DNA from: Chloroflexota bacterium
GTDB taxonomy: Bacteria > Chloroflexota > Anaerolineae > J102
Direction: 5' to 3'
NCBI GenBank assembly: GCA_013151415.1
Contig: JAADII010000116.1
Span: 24,512-88,511, forward strand
DNA length: 64,000 nucleotides
Made by a program: the position numbers and the translations under genes. Each line of letters opens with the position of its first letter. Positions within the stretch are counted from its first letter, which is position 1. The notes under the pieces are model-generated. The model was not told the DNA's origin, ran no database searches, and saw nothing but the letters and a program-made list of their open reading frames with translations. Below are positions 1 to 8,695 of the stretch, piece by piece.

Positions 1-761
1 TTGAGTGCGACCTGGGCGGGCGTCTTGCCGCCATGACCCTCCCCGATTTCGCGCATTAGGGCGATAAGCGGTTGCACTCGCTCCAACATGTTTCGGCGAA
101 AACGCAATCGACGCAAACCCGGCGGCCGCGACTGAGGTGAATACTTGCCGGTGAGCAAGCCCTGCGCCAAAGGGCTGTAAGCGATGAGTGTGACGCCCTG
201 TTCTCGGCAATAGTCAAGCAAGCCGCTTTGCTCGGGTTGGCGATAAAGCAAGCTATAAGAAACCTGGTTGGATGCGAGCGCGAGACCGCGGCGGGCCAAA
301 GCCGCAACGGCCCGTTGGGTCTGTTCGAGATTGTAGTTGGAAACGCCCACCGCGCGCACCAACCCCGCTTCAACGGCGTCGGCCATGGCGTTCATCCAGC
401 TTTCGATGGAAACCGGCGGAAAGGGCCAATGCATTTGGTAGAGATGCACCTGTTCCATATGCAGCCGTTTCAAACTTTTGTTCAGAGCCTTGGATAGCCA
501 ACGCGCCGAGACGCGATAAGGATAGGGAAAACACTTGGTGGCGACGACCAGCGGCGTATTGCAAAGGTGGATCAGACGCCCCACCAGGCTTTCGGAGCGA
601 CCGCGACCGTAGATTTCCGCGGTGTCTAGAAAATTGATGCCGGCAGCAACCGATGCTTCGAACGCCTGGCGAATGTCGTCGTCTCCAAATCCCTTGCCAT
701 AGCCCCACATCAAGCGATCGCCCCAGGCCCATGTCCCCAAACCAACGACGCTGATGCTCAT
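1..761 (-). CDS. Aldo/keto reductase family oxidoreductase, partial. The C-terminus runs off the window start.
   Basis: Manual reverse-strand translation from the ATG at 761..759 gives MSISVVGLGTWAWGDRLMWGYGKGFGDDDIRQAFEASVAAGINFLDTAEIYGRGRSESLVGRLI... and stays open to position ~3. The GxGTWxxG and LDTAxxYG motifs are typical of AKRs. It is absent from the ORF track because no stop codon lies inside the window. Confidence 0.6.
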   Translation of the reverse strand, partial: MSISVVGLGTWAWGDRLMWGYGKGFGDDDIRQAFEASVAAGINFLDTAEIYGRGRSESLVGRLIHLCNTPLVVATKCFPYPYRVSARWLSKALNKSLKRLHMEQVHLYQMHWPFPPVSIESWMNAMADAVEAGLVRAVGVSNYNLEQTQRAVAALARRGLALASNQVSYSLLYRQPEQSGLLDYCREQGVTLIAYSPLAQGLLTGKYSPQSRPPGLRRLRFRRNMLERVQPLIALMREIGEGHGGKTPAQVAL

Positions 762-819
762 ATGGGTTCGCCCCAGCTGCACTTGGTCTGGAAAGGAGGT
801 CTTTTCATTCATTGCCCTA

Positions 820-2124
820 TCATTGCTCCTCGATGCTTAACGGCAAGCCGTCAGGGTAAAATATGCGCGTCCATTGCATAGGCTCGACCGCCATGCCGTT
901 GATGCGCAGCTCCCAATGCAGATGAGCGCCTGTCGAGAGCCCGGTTGTGCCCACCAATCCAATGGGCTGCCCGCGCGCGACGCGTTGGCCAGGCTCTACG
1001 TCGATGCTGGAAAGATGCCAGAAGTTGGAGTAGACGCCCATGCCGTGGTCGATGATGACCGCGCCCCCGCGTACGAACAGCTCATCGGCCAACGCGATGA
1101 CGCCATCGGCGGGAGCCAAAATGGGCGCGCCCTCGCTTGCGGCCCAATCGGATCCTGCGTGAAAAGAGCTCACCGGCCCACCGTTGTAGCTGCGCCTCGT
1201 GCCAAAGGGCGAAGTCTGCACATGCCCTTCGCCAATAGGAAAGCGAAACGGGCCGCGCCATAAGCGCTCTGGCGTCACATTCGCCCAAACTTTCTGCACG
1301 CGCGTGAGCTCTTCGCGCACGCGCGTCCGATCCCGCAGAATGCCGCCTTTGGACGGAGGCAGCACGATATTTTGAACCAGATAATCGCCGGGCAGAATAT
1401 CGATTTCGCGACGAACCGTCGTCTGACCAATTTCAATGATTAGGGGAAACAGCCCCGGTTCGAGCAGCGCGTCTGTAGGGATGAGCGCGCTATAACGATG
1501 ACCTAAATCGCTTAAGCCCTCGTAAACAAAGGTGAGTGATTGCTCGTTGAAACGAGCCCGGGGCGGTATGCGTTTGTTGAGCGTCACGCGAGCCACTCCG
1601 GTGCGCCCACGAACAATGGTCGGCGTATAGGCGACTTGAACGAATGGAGGGGGCAAATTGGCGGACGATGGGGCGGGAATGCGAATTTCGGGCTCAGTAA
1701 GCAAGAATTCGGCGCGAGCCGGGCCATTGGCTTGCAATAGTTGCTCAGGTTCGAGACCCAGACGACGGGCCAAACTGGACAGGTCTTCACGCGGCCGCAT
1801 GGCATGGGGGGTCACGCGCCATGTTCGCGTCGTCGACGCGGCCGGCATTGCGGAAGAGGGTTGGGATATCGCGTTTGCGGGCGCAGCGCCTGCCGGAGCG
1901 GGAATGACCAGGGATTGGCCTGCATATATCAGATCGGGATCCGTGATATCATTGGCATCGACGATGGCTTGAACCGAGACATCGTATTGCGCGGCGATTG
2001 CGGCCAAGGTTTCGCCAGGTTGCACCACGTGGACGCGCGGCGCGAGCGGCTGAGCCCATGGCTGTTGCAACGGCCCAGCCAACGCCAACCATAAAGAGAG
2101 TAAAACAGCCTGGAGGATGCTCAT
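820..2124 (-). CDS. Secreted LysM-domain M23 family metallopeptidase
   Basis: Signal-like N-terminus MSILQAVLLSLWLALAG (start chosen at an internal Met, with cat at 2122-2124). LysM motif VHVVQPGETLAAIAAQYDVSVQAIVDANDI. C-terminal M23 motifs HAGSDW...IIDHGMGVYSNFWHLSS...GTTGLSTGAHLHWEL. Confidence 0.8.
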   Translation of the reverse strand: MSILQAVLLSLWLALAGPLQQPWAQPLAPRVHVVQPGETLAAIAAQYDVSVQAIVDANDITDPDLIYAGQSLVIPAPAGAAPANAISQPSSAMPAASTTRTWRVTPHAMRPREDLSSLARRLGLEPEQLLQANGPARAEFLLTEPEIRIPAPSSANLPPPFVQVAYTPTIVRGRTGVARVTLNKRIPPRARFNEQSLTFVYEGLSDLGHRYSALIPTDALLEPGLFPLIIEIGQTTVRREIDILPGDYLVQNIVLPPSKGGILRDRTRVREELTRVQKVWANVTPERLWRGPFRFPIGEGHVQTSPFGTRRSYNGGPVSSFHAGSDWAASEGAPILAPADGVIALADELFVRGGAVIIDHGMGVYSNFWHLSSIDVEPGQRVARGQPIGLVGTTGLSTGAHLHWELRINGMAVEPMQWTRIFYPDGLPLSIEEQ

Positions 2125-2341
2125 CTTTTCTAGCTTACCGCAGATCGCGAAATGGGCCAAATTGCCGGATGGGATTTGCAAGAGCGCCTTTTATGCGTTC
2201 ATGCATGGCCGTTAGACCGCCCTCGTTTGCTGTGCAAGCTCTCTTGGAGAGGGTTCTTTGGCGCTGTTTGGGCTAACAGGGAGGTGCATAATGCGCCTGA
2301 TGTGGAATTTATTCTTATCGTCCACCAAAACCGTCTTTTTG

Positions 2342-2370
2342 TTGTTTTTCGTCGATTACTATGCTACAAT
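2342..2370 (+). promoter_or_regulatory. Candidate sigma-70 promoter (TTGTTT, 17 nt, extended TGcTACAAT) in the AT-rich divergent region upstream of the PLD-family gene
   Basis: -35 TTGTTT at 2342-2347, a 17-nt spacer, TG at 2362-2363 and -10 TACAAT at 2365-2370. It lies in the lowest-GC stretch between two divergent genes. Confidence 0.3.
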
Positions 2371-2490
2371 GGAATCACTCATAGATTGTAATAGCCATGC
2401 TCTAATGCATGATGCATGATTGGCGATGGCATGCATAGCGATAACATATTGAGTGAACGGCATGCGTTTTTCTATGAAGTGTGAATCTGG

Positions 2491-4554
2491 GTGAAAGCAG
2501 GCTCCTTCTCCATTTTATCCGTCACCTCGATGAGACACAGGGATTCTCGACTTCAACGCATTTTTCTTGTCCTCGTCCTTGTTCTTGCGCTGGCGGCCTG
2601 CGTCGACTCGTCTCCGGCCGCGGACGCGACGCCCACGACGCAAACCGCGTTTGAGCCTCCGGCCAGGGCGGCCCCGCAGGAGCTGTGGGTGTTGCCAGAT
2701 GATGGCGTCGAGCCGCTGATCAGCCTTATTGGCTCAGCGCAGAGGTCGATTCGTTTCAAGGTGTATTTGCTAACACGCGAGGATATTCGAGCGGCTTTGG
2801 TTCGGGCGGCGAATCGGGGTGTGAATGTGCGGGTGTTTATAGAGCGAGAACCCATTGGGGGTGGGGCGAGCAATCGTGAGAGTTATGAAAAATTGCGTGA
2901 AAACGGCGTCGATGTGCGTTGGGCGTCGGGACGCTTTCGTCTCATGCATGAAAAAACGCTGGTGGTGGACGATGAAACCGCATTGGTGGCCACCTTCAAC
3001 AATACAAACGCGGCTTTCACTCAAAATCGTGAATACGGATTACTCGTCCGCTCTCCACTCTTGGTGACGGATGTCATCCATGTGTTCGACGCCGATTGGA
3101 CGCAGAGCCCCTATCAGCCGCGAGAGGGTGGCGCTGTGGTTCTCAGCCCTGACAACAGTCGCGCTCGCATCGAGAGCCTTATCGCCGAGGCGCAATCCAC
3201 TCTTTGGCTGGAGCAGGCCTCGCTGCTCGATGACGCGGTCACCGATCTTTTGGTTGACGCCGCGAAACGGGGTGTGGACGTGGTTTTCATTGGGCCTTTA
3301 CGTTCAGGTGAAGAGGATTACTCATGGCCCAATTATCAACGTTTGCTCGAATCCGGCGCGCGCGTGGCGCGCTTGGGCGCTCCTCAAGTCCATGCGAAGG
3401 TCATTTTGGTCGATGAGCGCATTGCGTTGATTGGCTCCATAAACCTCACCTATTCCTCGCTAGAACTGAATCGGGAATTGGCCGTTCTCACCACGGATTC
3501 CGGCGTTTTGGCGCGGCTGCGCGCCACGCTTGCGTCAGATATGGCTCAAGCGCAACCCTTGCAGGCTGGAGGCCCCGCTCGAGAACGGTTGGTTTCTTGG
3601 CGGGATGCGCCCAATTACATGGGGCGAGAGGTGACGGTCGAGGGAGCGGTGGTTCGAACTTACAACTCGGGTAAGGTGGTCTATCTCAATTTCGATGAAG
3701 ATTACCGCACTACGCTGAGCATCGTCATTTTTCGAGACGATTGGGACAAATTCCCGCAACCGCCAGAGACGCACTATCGCGATCAGGTCATTCGGGTCAA
3801 GGGGTTGGTGAAGGAATACAAGGGCCGGCCAGAGATCGTGGTTTCGTCGCCCGAGCAGATCGAGGTTGTGGCTGCGGCGCTCCCATCCCGTCCTGAAGCC
3901 ACCCCTCGACAATCTGCCGAACCGCCGGTCATCTCTTGGCGAGATGCGTCCGAGTTTGTCGGACAACAAGTGGTGGTGGAGGGGAAAATCGTTCGCACGT
4001 ATGATTCGGGCAAGGTGACCTTTCTCAACTTCACCGAAGATTGGCGAGGAACCTTGAGCATCGTCATCTTTGCCTCGGACATAGACAAATTTCCCCAATC
4101 GCCCGCTTCCTATTATCGAGATCGCTTCATTCGGGTGAGGGGTCGAATCAAAGAATACAAAGGCGCTCCTGAAATCATTGTGGAATCACCCGCTCAGATC
4201 GAGATCATGAGCGGTTCGGCCGATGACGACGCTCTCGCCACGCGCCCGCCGCCTTCTACGCCCACCGGCGTGGTCCCCTGGTTGGATGCGGGACAATATG
4301 TGGGTCAAACCATCACGGTGGAAGGGCGCGTGGTGCAGACGCATGACGCGGGCTCCATTACGTTTCTTAATTTTTCGCGCCAGCGAGGGCAATTCGTGGC
4401 GGTGGTTTTCGCCGAAGATTACGAGCGTTTTCCCAAACCTCCGGCCGAGATGTATGAGGGCCAACGTTTGTGGATCACGGGTTTGGTAAGTGAATATCGC
4501 GGCATTCCGCAGATCGTCGTCCGTTCGCCAGAGCAAATTGAAATATTTCCTTGA
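2491..4554 (+). CDS. Secreted or lipoprotein phospholipase-D-family enzyme (two HKD motifs, Nuc/cardiolipin-synthase-like) with three tandem C-terminal OB-fold-like repeats
   Basis: N-terminal signal with LALAAC lipobox-like motif. HKD motifs LMHEKTLVVDDETALVATFNNT and VHAKVILVDERIALIGSINLT. Three repeats of about 110 aa follow, each W(R/L)DAxxYxGxxVxVEGxVVxTxxxGxxxFLNF...SIVIF...IRVxGxxKEYKGxPEIxVxSPxQIE. Confidence 0.7.
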   Translation: MKAGSFSILSVTSMRHRDSRLQRIFLVLVLVLALAACVDSSPAADATPTTQTAFEPPARAAPQELWVLPDDGVEPLISLIGSAQRSIRFKVYLLTREDIRAALVRAANRGVNVRVFIEREPIGGGASNRESYEKLRENGVDVRWASGRFRLMHEKTLVVDDETALVATFNNTNAAFTQNREYGLLVRSPLLVTDVIHVFDADWTQSPYQPREGGAVVLSPDNSRARIESLIAEAQSTLWLEQASLLDDAVTDLLVDAAKRGVDVVFIGPLRSGEEDYSWPNYQRLLESGARVARLGAPQVHAKVILVDERIALIGSINLTYSSLELNRELAVLTTDSGVLARLRATLASDMAQAQPLQAGGPARERLVSWRDAPNYMGREVTVEGAVVRTYNSGKVVYLNFDEDYRTTLSIVIFRDDWDKFPQPPETHYRDQVIRVKGLVKEYKGRPEIVVSSPEQIEVVAAALPSRPEATPRQSAEPPVISWRDASEFVGQQVVVEGKIVRTYDSGKVTFLNFTEDWRGTLSIVIFASDIDKFPQSPASYYRDRFIRVRGRIKEYKGAPEIIVESPAQIEIMSGSADDDALATRPPPSTPTGVVPWLDAGQYVGQTITVEGRVVQTHDAGSITFLNFSRQRGQFVAVVFAEDYERFPKPPAEMYEGQRLWITGLVSEYRGIPQIVVRSPEQIEIFP
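3591..4551 (+). repeat. Three tandem intragenic repeats (about 339 bp each) encoding OB-fold-like modules of the PLD-family protein
   Basis: Repeat starts near 3591, 3927 and 4270. The conserved protein pattern is visible in the translation. Confidence 0.7.
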
Positions 4555-4895
4555 TTCGTCATGCTTGATACGCTTCCGACCATTTTGTTTACACAACCCT
4601 CCATTGCCATTACAATATGAATGCCTTTGGGTCTTGCCCATGCCTTGCGAGCGAATAATGCATCACGTTGTTCCCATCGTTTCATGGTTCATGGGCTTTG
4701 GCCTTTATTTTCATTCATGATGGTTTCATTCTCCCCAGCCTCTCGCGAACGTCCGCTCATCTTTTTCCGGCGCATGCTGTTTTGTTCGTCTGGCGCTGGA
4801 AATTGCGTTGCGCCTTGCCAGGTCTTTTCAGGTGGGCGGCTTTCATCTCCTCGTTTCTTGAAGGTCATTGCATCTTGGAATATCGATAACACGCC

Positions 4896-5978
4896 ATGGA
4901 CATAGGTATTATTGGTTTGCCCAACAGCGGCAAGACCACTCTATTCAACGCGCTCACCCGCGGCACAGTTGAGACTGCGGGCTATACATCAGGCCGAATG
5001 GAAGTGCACACGGCTATCGTGCAGGTCCCCGACCCGCGCCTGGATCGTCTGGGCGACATGTTTCGCCCCAAAAAGCTCACGCATGCGCATATCACCTATC
5101 GCGATATCGCCGGTTTGGCGCGCGGTATCGGCGAGGCCGGTGGCCTGGCCGGCCCTTTGCTCAATGAAATTGGTCAAAACGACGCGTTGCTTCTGGTCGT
5201 GCGAGCGTTCGAGGACCCAAACATCCTCCATCCCGAAGAGAGCATTGATCCGGCCCGCGATATCGAGTTGGTCGAGACCGAACTTATGCTCAACGATATG
5301 CTCATTATCACAAAACGCTTGGAGCGCATCGACCAGCGCGTGGGCAAAGGCGGCGATCCCAAGGAGGTGGCCGCAATGAAACGAGAGCGCGAGATCCTGG
5401 CGCGGTTGCTGGAACATTTGGAAACCGAGCGACCTTTGCGCGAGTTCGAGTTGGCGCCCGATGAGGAGAAGCTGCTGCGCGGGTTTAGCCTGCTTTCGCA
5501 GAAACCGTTGCTTGTGGTGCTAAACATCGACGAAGACGCGGATGAACGCATGGCGGAAGCGTTTTCCACCCCGACGCGACCCGCCATCGCCTTGCGCGGC
5601 CAACTTGAAGCTGAGCTCGCGCAAATGGAGCCGGATGAAGCAGCGGAGTTTCTGGCCGAATTTGGCATCGAAGAGCCAGGGTTCAACCGCGTTATTCGCG
5701 CCAGTTACGAGTTGATGGATGTTATTTCTTTTTTCACGGTAAGTGAAGAGGAGGTGAGATCCTGGACGATCCGCAAGGGTGCGACCGCCTTGGATGCGGC
5801 CGCCGCTGTGCATAGTGATCTTGCTCGCGGGTTTATTCGCGCCGAGGTTATCGCCTTTGACGAACTGGTGGCGGCCGGATCGTTAGCCGAAGCGCGCCGT
5901 CGCGGGCTGTTGCGGCTGGAGGGCAAGGAATATGTGGTGCAAGATGGCGAAATCGTTCATATTCGTTTCGCATTATGA
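4896..5978 (+). CDS. ychF: Ribosome-binding ATPase YchF (Obg-family GTPase/ATPase with C-terminal TGS domain)
   Basis: MDIGIIGLPNSGKTTLFNALT G1 motif, DIAGL G3 motif, and the C-terminal TGS-like segment FFTVSEEEVRSWTIRKGATALDAAAAVHSDLARGFIRAEVI. Confidence 0.9.
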   Translation: MDIGIIGLPNSGKTTLFNALTRGTVETAGYTSGRMEVHTAIVQVPDPRLDRLGDMFRPKKLTHAHITYRDIAGLARGIGEAGGLAGPLLNEIGQNDALLLVVRAFEDPNILHPEESIDPARDIELVETELMLNDMLIITKRLERIDQRVGKGGDPKEVAAMKREREILARLLEHLETERPLREFELAPDEEKLLRGFSLLSQKPLLVVLNIDEDADERMAEAFSTPTRPAIALRGQLEAELAQMEPDEAAEFLAEFGIEEPGFNRVIRASYELMDVISFFTVSEEEVRSWTIRKGATALDAAAAVHSDLARGFIRAEVIAFDELVAAGSLAEARRRGLLRLEGKEYVVQDGEIVHIRFAL

Positions 5979-6015
5979 GCAAAACGGCGCGGTTTGGCAT
6001 TTCGATCCAATGGCG

Positions 6016-6056
6016 AGAAAAAAGAACGACTCCTTACAACGGAGTCGTTCTTTCAA
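6016..6056. terminator. Bidirectional intrinsic terminator between convergent ychF and the HdeD-like gene
   Basis: Perfect 12-bp inverted repeat AAGAACGACTCC (6022-6033) / GGAGTCGTTCTT (6041-6052) with a 7-nt loop. It is flanked by an A-run upstream and TTTCAA downstream. Confidence 0.55.
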
Positions 6057-6082
6057 TATGCGTGAAGGAAAAAGATGTTGGA

Positions 6083-6616
6083 TTACGGCTTAAGCTTGAA
6101 CGCGGCGACCAAGGCAAAGATGCCAAAGACGAGGCCGAAGGAGCCCAACACGAAGGGCAGCGCGGCCGCGCCGATGAGGGGATTGGCCATCAGCACAGCG
6201 CCGAAGAGAATGCTTAACACGCCCAAGACGCCAATGCCCCAGCCTCCGCCCTGGAAGGCCTGGATCAAATTGATCACGCCAATGACCACGCCAAAGATGC
6301 CCATCACCCAAACCCCGGTGGCCGGCACGATGATCGTGCTAATCAGGGGATGTTGGAGAATGAGCAAGCCGGCCATGATGCCGATGACGCCGGAAAATAG
6401 TTTCCAGCCCCAAGACGTATTGTCGATGAAAATGCTCACGATGGCGAAAATGCCGGTAATGAGCCAATAGACGCCGAGGAATGTCACCAAAGCAAACATG
6501 GTGACGCCGGGCGAAGTGAGCAGCAACACGCCGATGATGATGGCGGCGATGCCTTCGAGGAGCACAACCCACCAGGGGATCATGCCGCCGTCGGGAGCCA
6601 TGGTGTCGGTGGCCAT
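6083..6616 (-). CDS. HdeD-like / DUF308 family integral membrane protein
   Basis: Six predicted TM helices with repeated GxxxLxxGIxxIxxG patterns (WWVVLLEGIAAIIIGVLLL, GVYWLITGIFAIVSIF, GIMAGLLIL, GIFGVVIGVINL, GVLSILFGAVLM). Confidence 0.5.
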   Translation of the reverse strand: MATDTMAPDGGMIPWWVVLLEGIAAIIIGVLLLTSPGVTMFALVTFLGVYWLITGIFAIVSIFIDNTSWGWKLFSGVIGIMAGLLILQHPLISTIIVPATGVWVMGIFGVVIGVINLIQAFQGGGWGIGVLGVLSILFGAVLMANPLIGAAALPFVLGSFGLVFGIFALVAAFKLKP

Positions 6617-7019
6617 AAGGGTCCTCCTTTATGATGAGAGTATGGCGATTGAGACAAGGCTAAACCGAAGTCATCTTGAAAATCAATCGTCTTCGCGCGA
6701 ATGCGCGAATAGATGATGGAATGAATAGGACAAGGCGCGTTCCCCCCAATGGGGCTGGCGTCCAAAGAAATCGAGCTTTTTGCCGAATTCTTGTCCCGGA
6801 ATCATTGAGAAGAGGCTCAGAGCCAATGAAACGCAGGTTTTCAATATGACTTTGTTTAGTGAAACAGAATCATTATAACTGACGCTTCGTTGGGACACAA
6901 AATATGTCGCGTAGGGGGTGATTGAATCAGAACCGCGGCGTTCTCGCCTACTCGGCCTCGCGGTTTTCTCGATTCAAGGTCTTTTGTTTTGCCGCGCCAG
7001 AAGCCATGAAAGAAAAGGC

Positions 7020-8666
7020 TCAACGAGTGATGGCGTTGATGTTCGCGTCTCGGCAATCGCACGCTTTGGCCGCGCGACCGTTTGGCCCTTTCAAACCGCC
7101 CTGATATTCAAAACGACCGAACGCTCGCCAGCCCTCCATGTCGAAGGGTGCGGGGCCTGCGGCCGCCACCCACATGCCGTTATACATGCGCGCGAAGTGC
7201 ACATGCGAGCTGTCGGCCATGCCGCCTTCACACGCGGGCCGTCCCACTTTGTCACCGGCCTTCAAGACAACGCCCTGTTGTGGACGGTCGGTGATATGCA
7301 GATACTGAAGGACCCACCCTGTATGTGGGTTGCCGTCGCCATCGAGATCGAGCAAAACCTGGCCCTCTTCACTGCGCGCGACCACGCCCTCCGCCGCCGC
7401 GCGAGCCCAGGTTTGCGCGGGAATGCAGGTTCCGGGCGTCACATCTTCGGGCACCAGGTCCAGGGCCGCCCAAGCACTACCAGATCCCCAAGCGCCATGA
7501 GGGCCTCCGGTGAGAAACCATGTCTCGCCTTTGGCCCAGGGCAATAGCAGGTCGGGTTGGGTTAGGCCGGCTGGGAGGGGCGGGCCTGCATCCAATGCCA
7601 TGGGATCGCCGAACAGCCGTTGATATGCGTCTGAAAAGGCTTGTATTTCGGCTTCGAAGTCGGCCCATTTGCTGTCGCGGGCCAACGCCCGCTGTATGGC
7701 CACTGTGGCCGGGTTCAGGCCCGGCGCGGCGCGTGCAACCACCCCGTTGTAAAAGCGAATGGCGGTTTCACCCCGGTCTTGCCAACCATAATAACCGCGG
7801 TTCAGTTCCTCCGCGGCCCATTCCAATTGAGACCATAAGCCAGACGCCCCGCCAAAATGACCTAATGGATAGTCAATCGCTCGCGACGACGGCTCTGGAT
7901 TGGTCACCCAGCCGCCGCGCGCCTCCAATAGGGCCAACAGAACGCGCGGGCCTACACTATAATGATCGGCGATGCGGTTCAATATCTCGGCTCCGCTCAT
8001 CTCTCGCCCCCCGGGCATGCGCCGGCGATATGTGGCGAGATAGCCCCCCTGCCCCTGCACAAACGCTTCTATATCAAAATCGTTGTAGGCCGGGCCGTAG
8101 ACGAATTCGCTGTCGGGAATCAGGATATCCGCTGGCGTCAGACGGCGGGTGTGGTGCGGAATCACCAGCATTTGTCCGATGGCGAGCATGTTGGGGTTGT
8201 CGAGCTCGCTGTATTTGATGATATCGGCCACGCTCACGCGATAACGCGCGGCAATGCCGGATAGAGTTTGATTTTCGTATACGCGAATAAATTCCAACGC
8301 CGCGTCGGGCGGAACTGTGGGACCAGGCGTGGGCGCGAGAGGTCGGGTGGGCGTGGCGGTGGGTGTGAGCGTAGGCGTGAGTGTAACCGTGGGCGATGAG
8401 GTCGGCGTGCGCGTGGGCGGGGGGGGTGTGGGGGTGGCTGTGAGCGTGGGCGTTAGGGTGGGCGTGTTTGTGGCGGAAACCGCCGCGACAAACGGCTCGC
8501 TCCCAACGCGCGCCGCGGTGGGCGCGATGGCGGCCGACCGACATCCCGCCAACAGCCCGGCCCATAGCGCGATAATCCAAATTCGTCTGTCGATCAATCG
8601 CGTCATGTAAAAAATATCGACAATCAGACGATAAGGCCGATGGGACAATGGCCTGATGACCGCCAT
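7020..8666 (-). CDS. Secreted LysM-domain protein with a C-terminal M23-like peptidase domain and a Pro/Thr-rich linker
   Basis: Signal/TM N-terminus, a PT-rich linker (TPTLTPTLTATPTPPPP...) and LysM EFIRVYENQTLSGIAARYRVSVADIIKYSEL. The C-terminal HxH region (SSHVHFARMYNG) is M23-like. Confidence 0.6.
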   Translation of the reverse strand: MAVIRPLSHRPYRLIVDIFYMTRLIDRRIWIIALWAGLLAGCRSAAIAPTAARVGSEPFVAAVSATNTPTLTPTLTATPTPPPPTRTPTSSPTVTLTPTLTPTATPTRPLAPTPGPTVPPDAALEFIRVYENQTLSGIAARYRVSVADIIKYSELDNPNMLAIGQMLVIPHHTRRLTPADILIPDSEFVYGPAYNDFDIEAFVQGQGGYLATYRRRMPGGREMSGAEILNRIADHYSVGPRVLLALLEARGGWVTNPEPSSRAIDYPLGHFGGASGLWSQLEWAAEELNRGYYGWQDRGETAIRFYNGVVARAAPGLNPATVAIQRALARDSKWADFEAEIQAFSDAYQRLFGDPMALDAGPPLPAGLTQPDLLLPWAKGETWFLTGGPHGAWGSGSAWAALDLVPEDVTPGTCIPAQTWARAAAEGVVARSEEGQVLLDLDGDGNPHTGWVLQYLHITDRPQQGVVLKAGDKVGRPACEGGMADSSHVHFARMYNGMWVAAAGPAPFDMEGWRAFGRFEYQGGLKGPNGRAAKACDCRDANINAITR

Positions 8667-8695
8667 CGTCCCATCGATGTCGTCGCCTGTTGAGA

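Noticed and set aside
56-732. Track ORFs 56..373(-), 228..497(+), 272..637(+) and 370..732(-) at the window start
   Set aside because: All overlap a different frame that translates cleanly as an aldo/keto reductase (start at 761, runs off the window). They are alternative-frame artefacts of a high-GC gene.
4555-4895. 340-bp leader upstream of ychF with ORFs 4621..4905 and 4668..4889
   Set aside because: The ORFs are hydrophobic low-complexity translations without start context or conservation cues. This is probably a 5'-UTR/promoter region. A ncRNA cannot be excluded without a covariance-model scan.
8317-8610. ORF GVGVAVGVSVGVSV... antisense to the LysM-peptidase linker
   Set aside because: It is the antisense of the Pro/Thr-rich linker and a repeat artefact.
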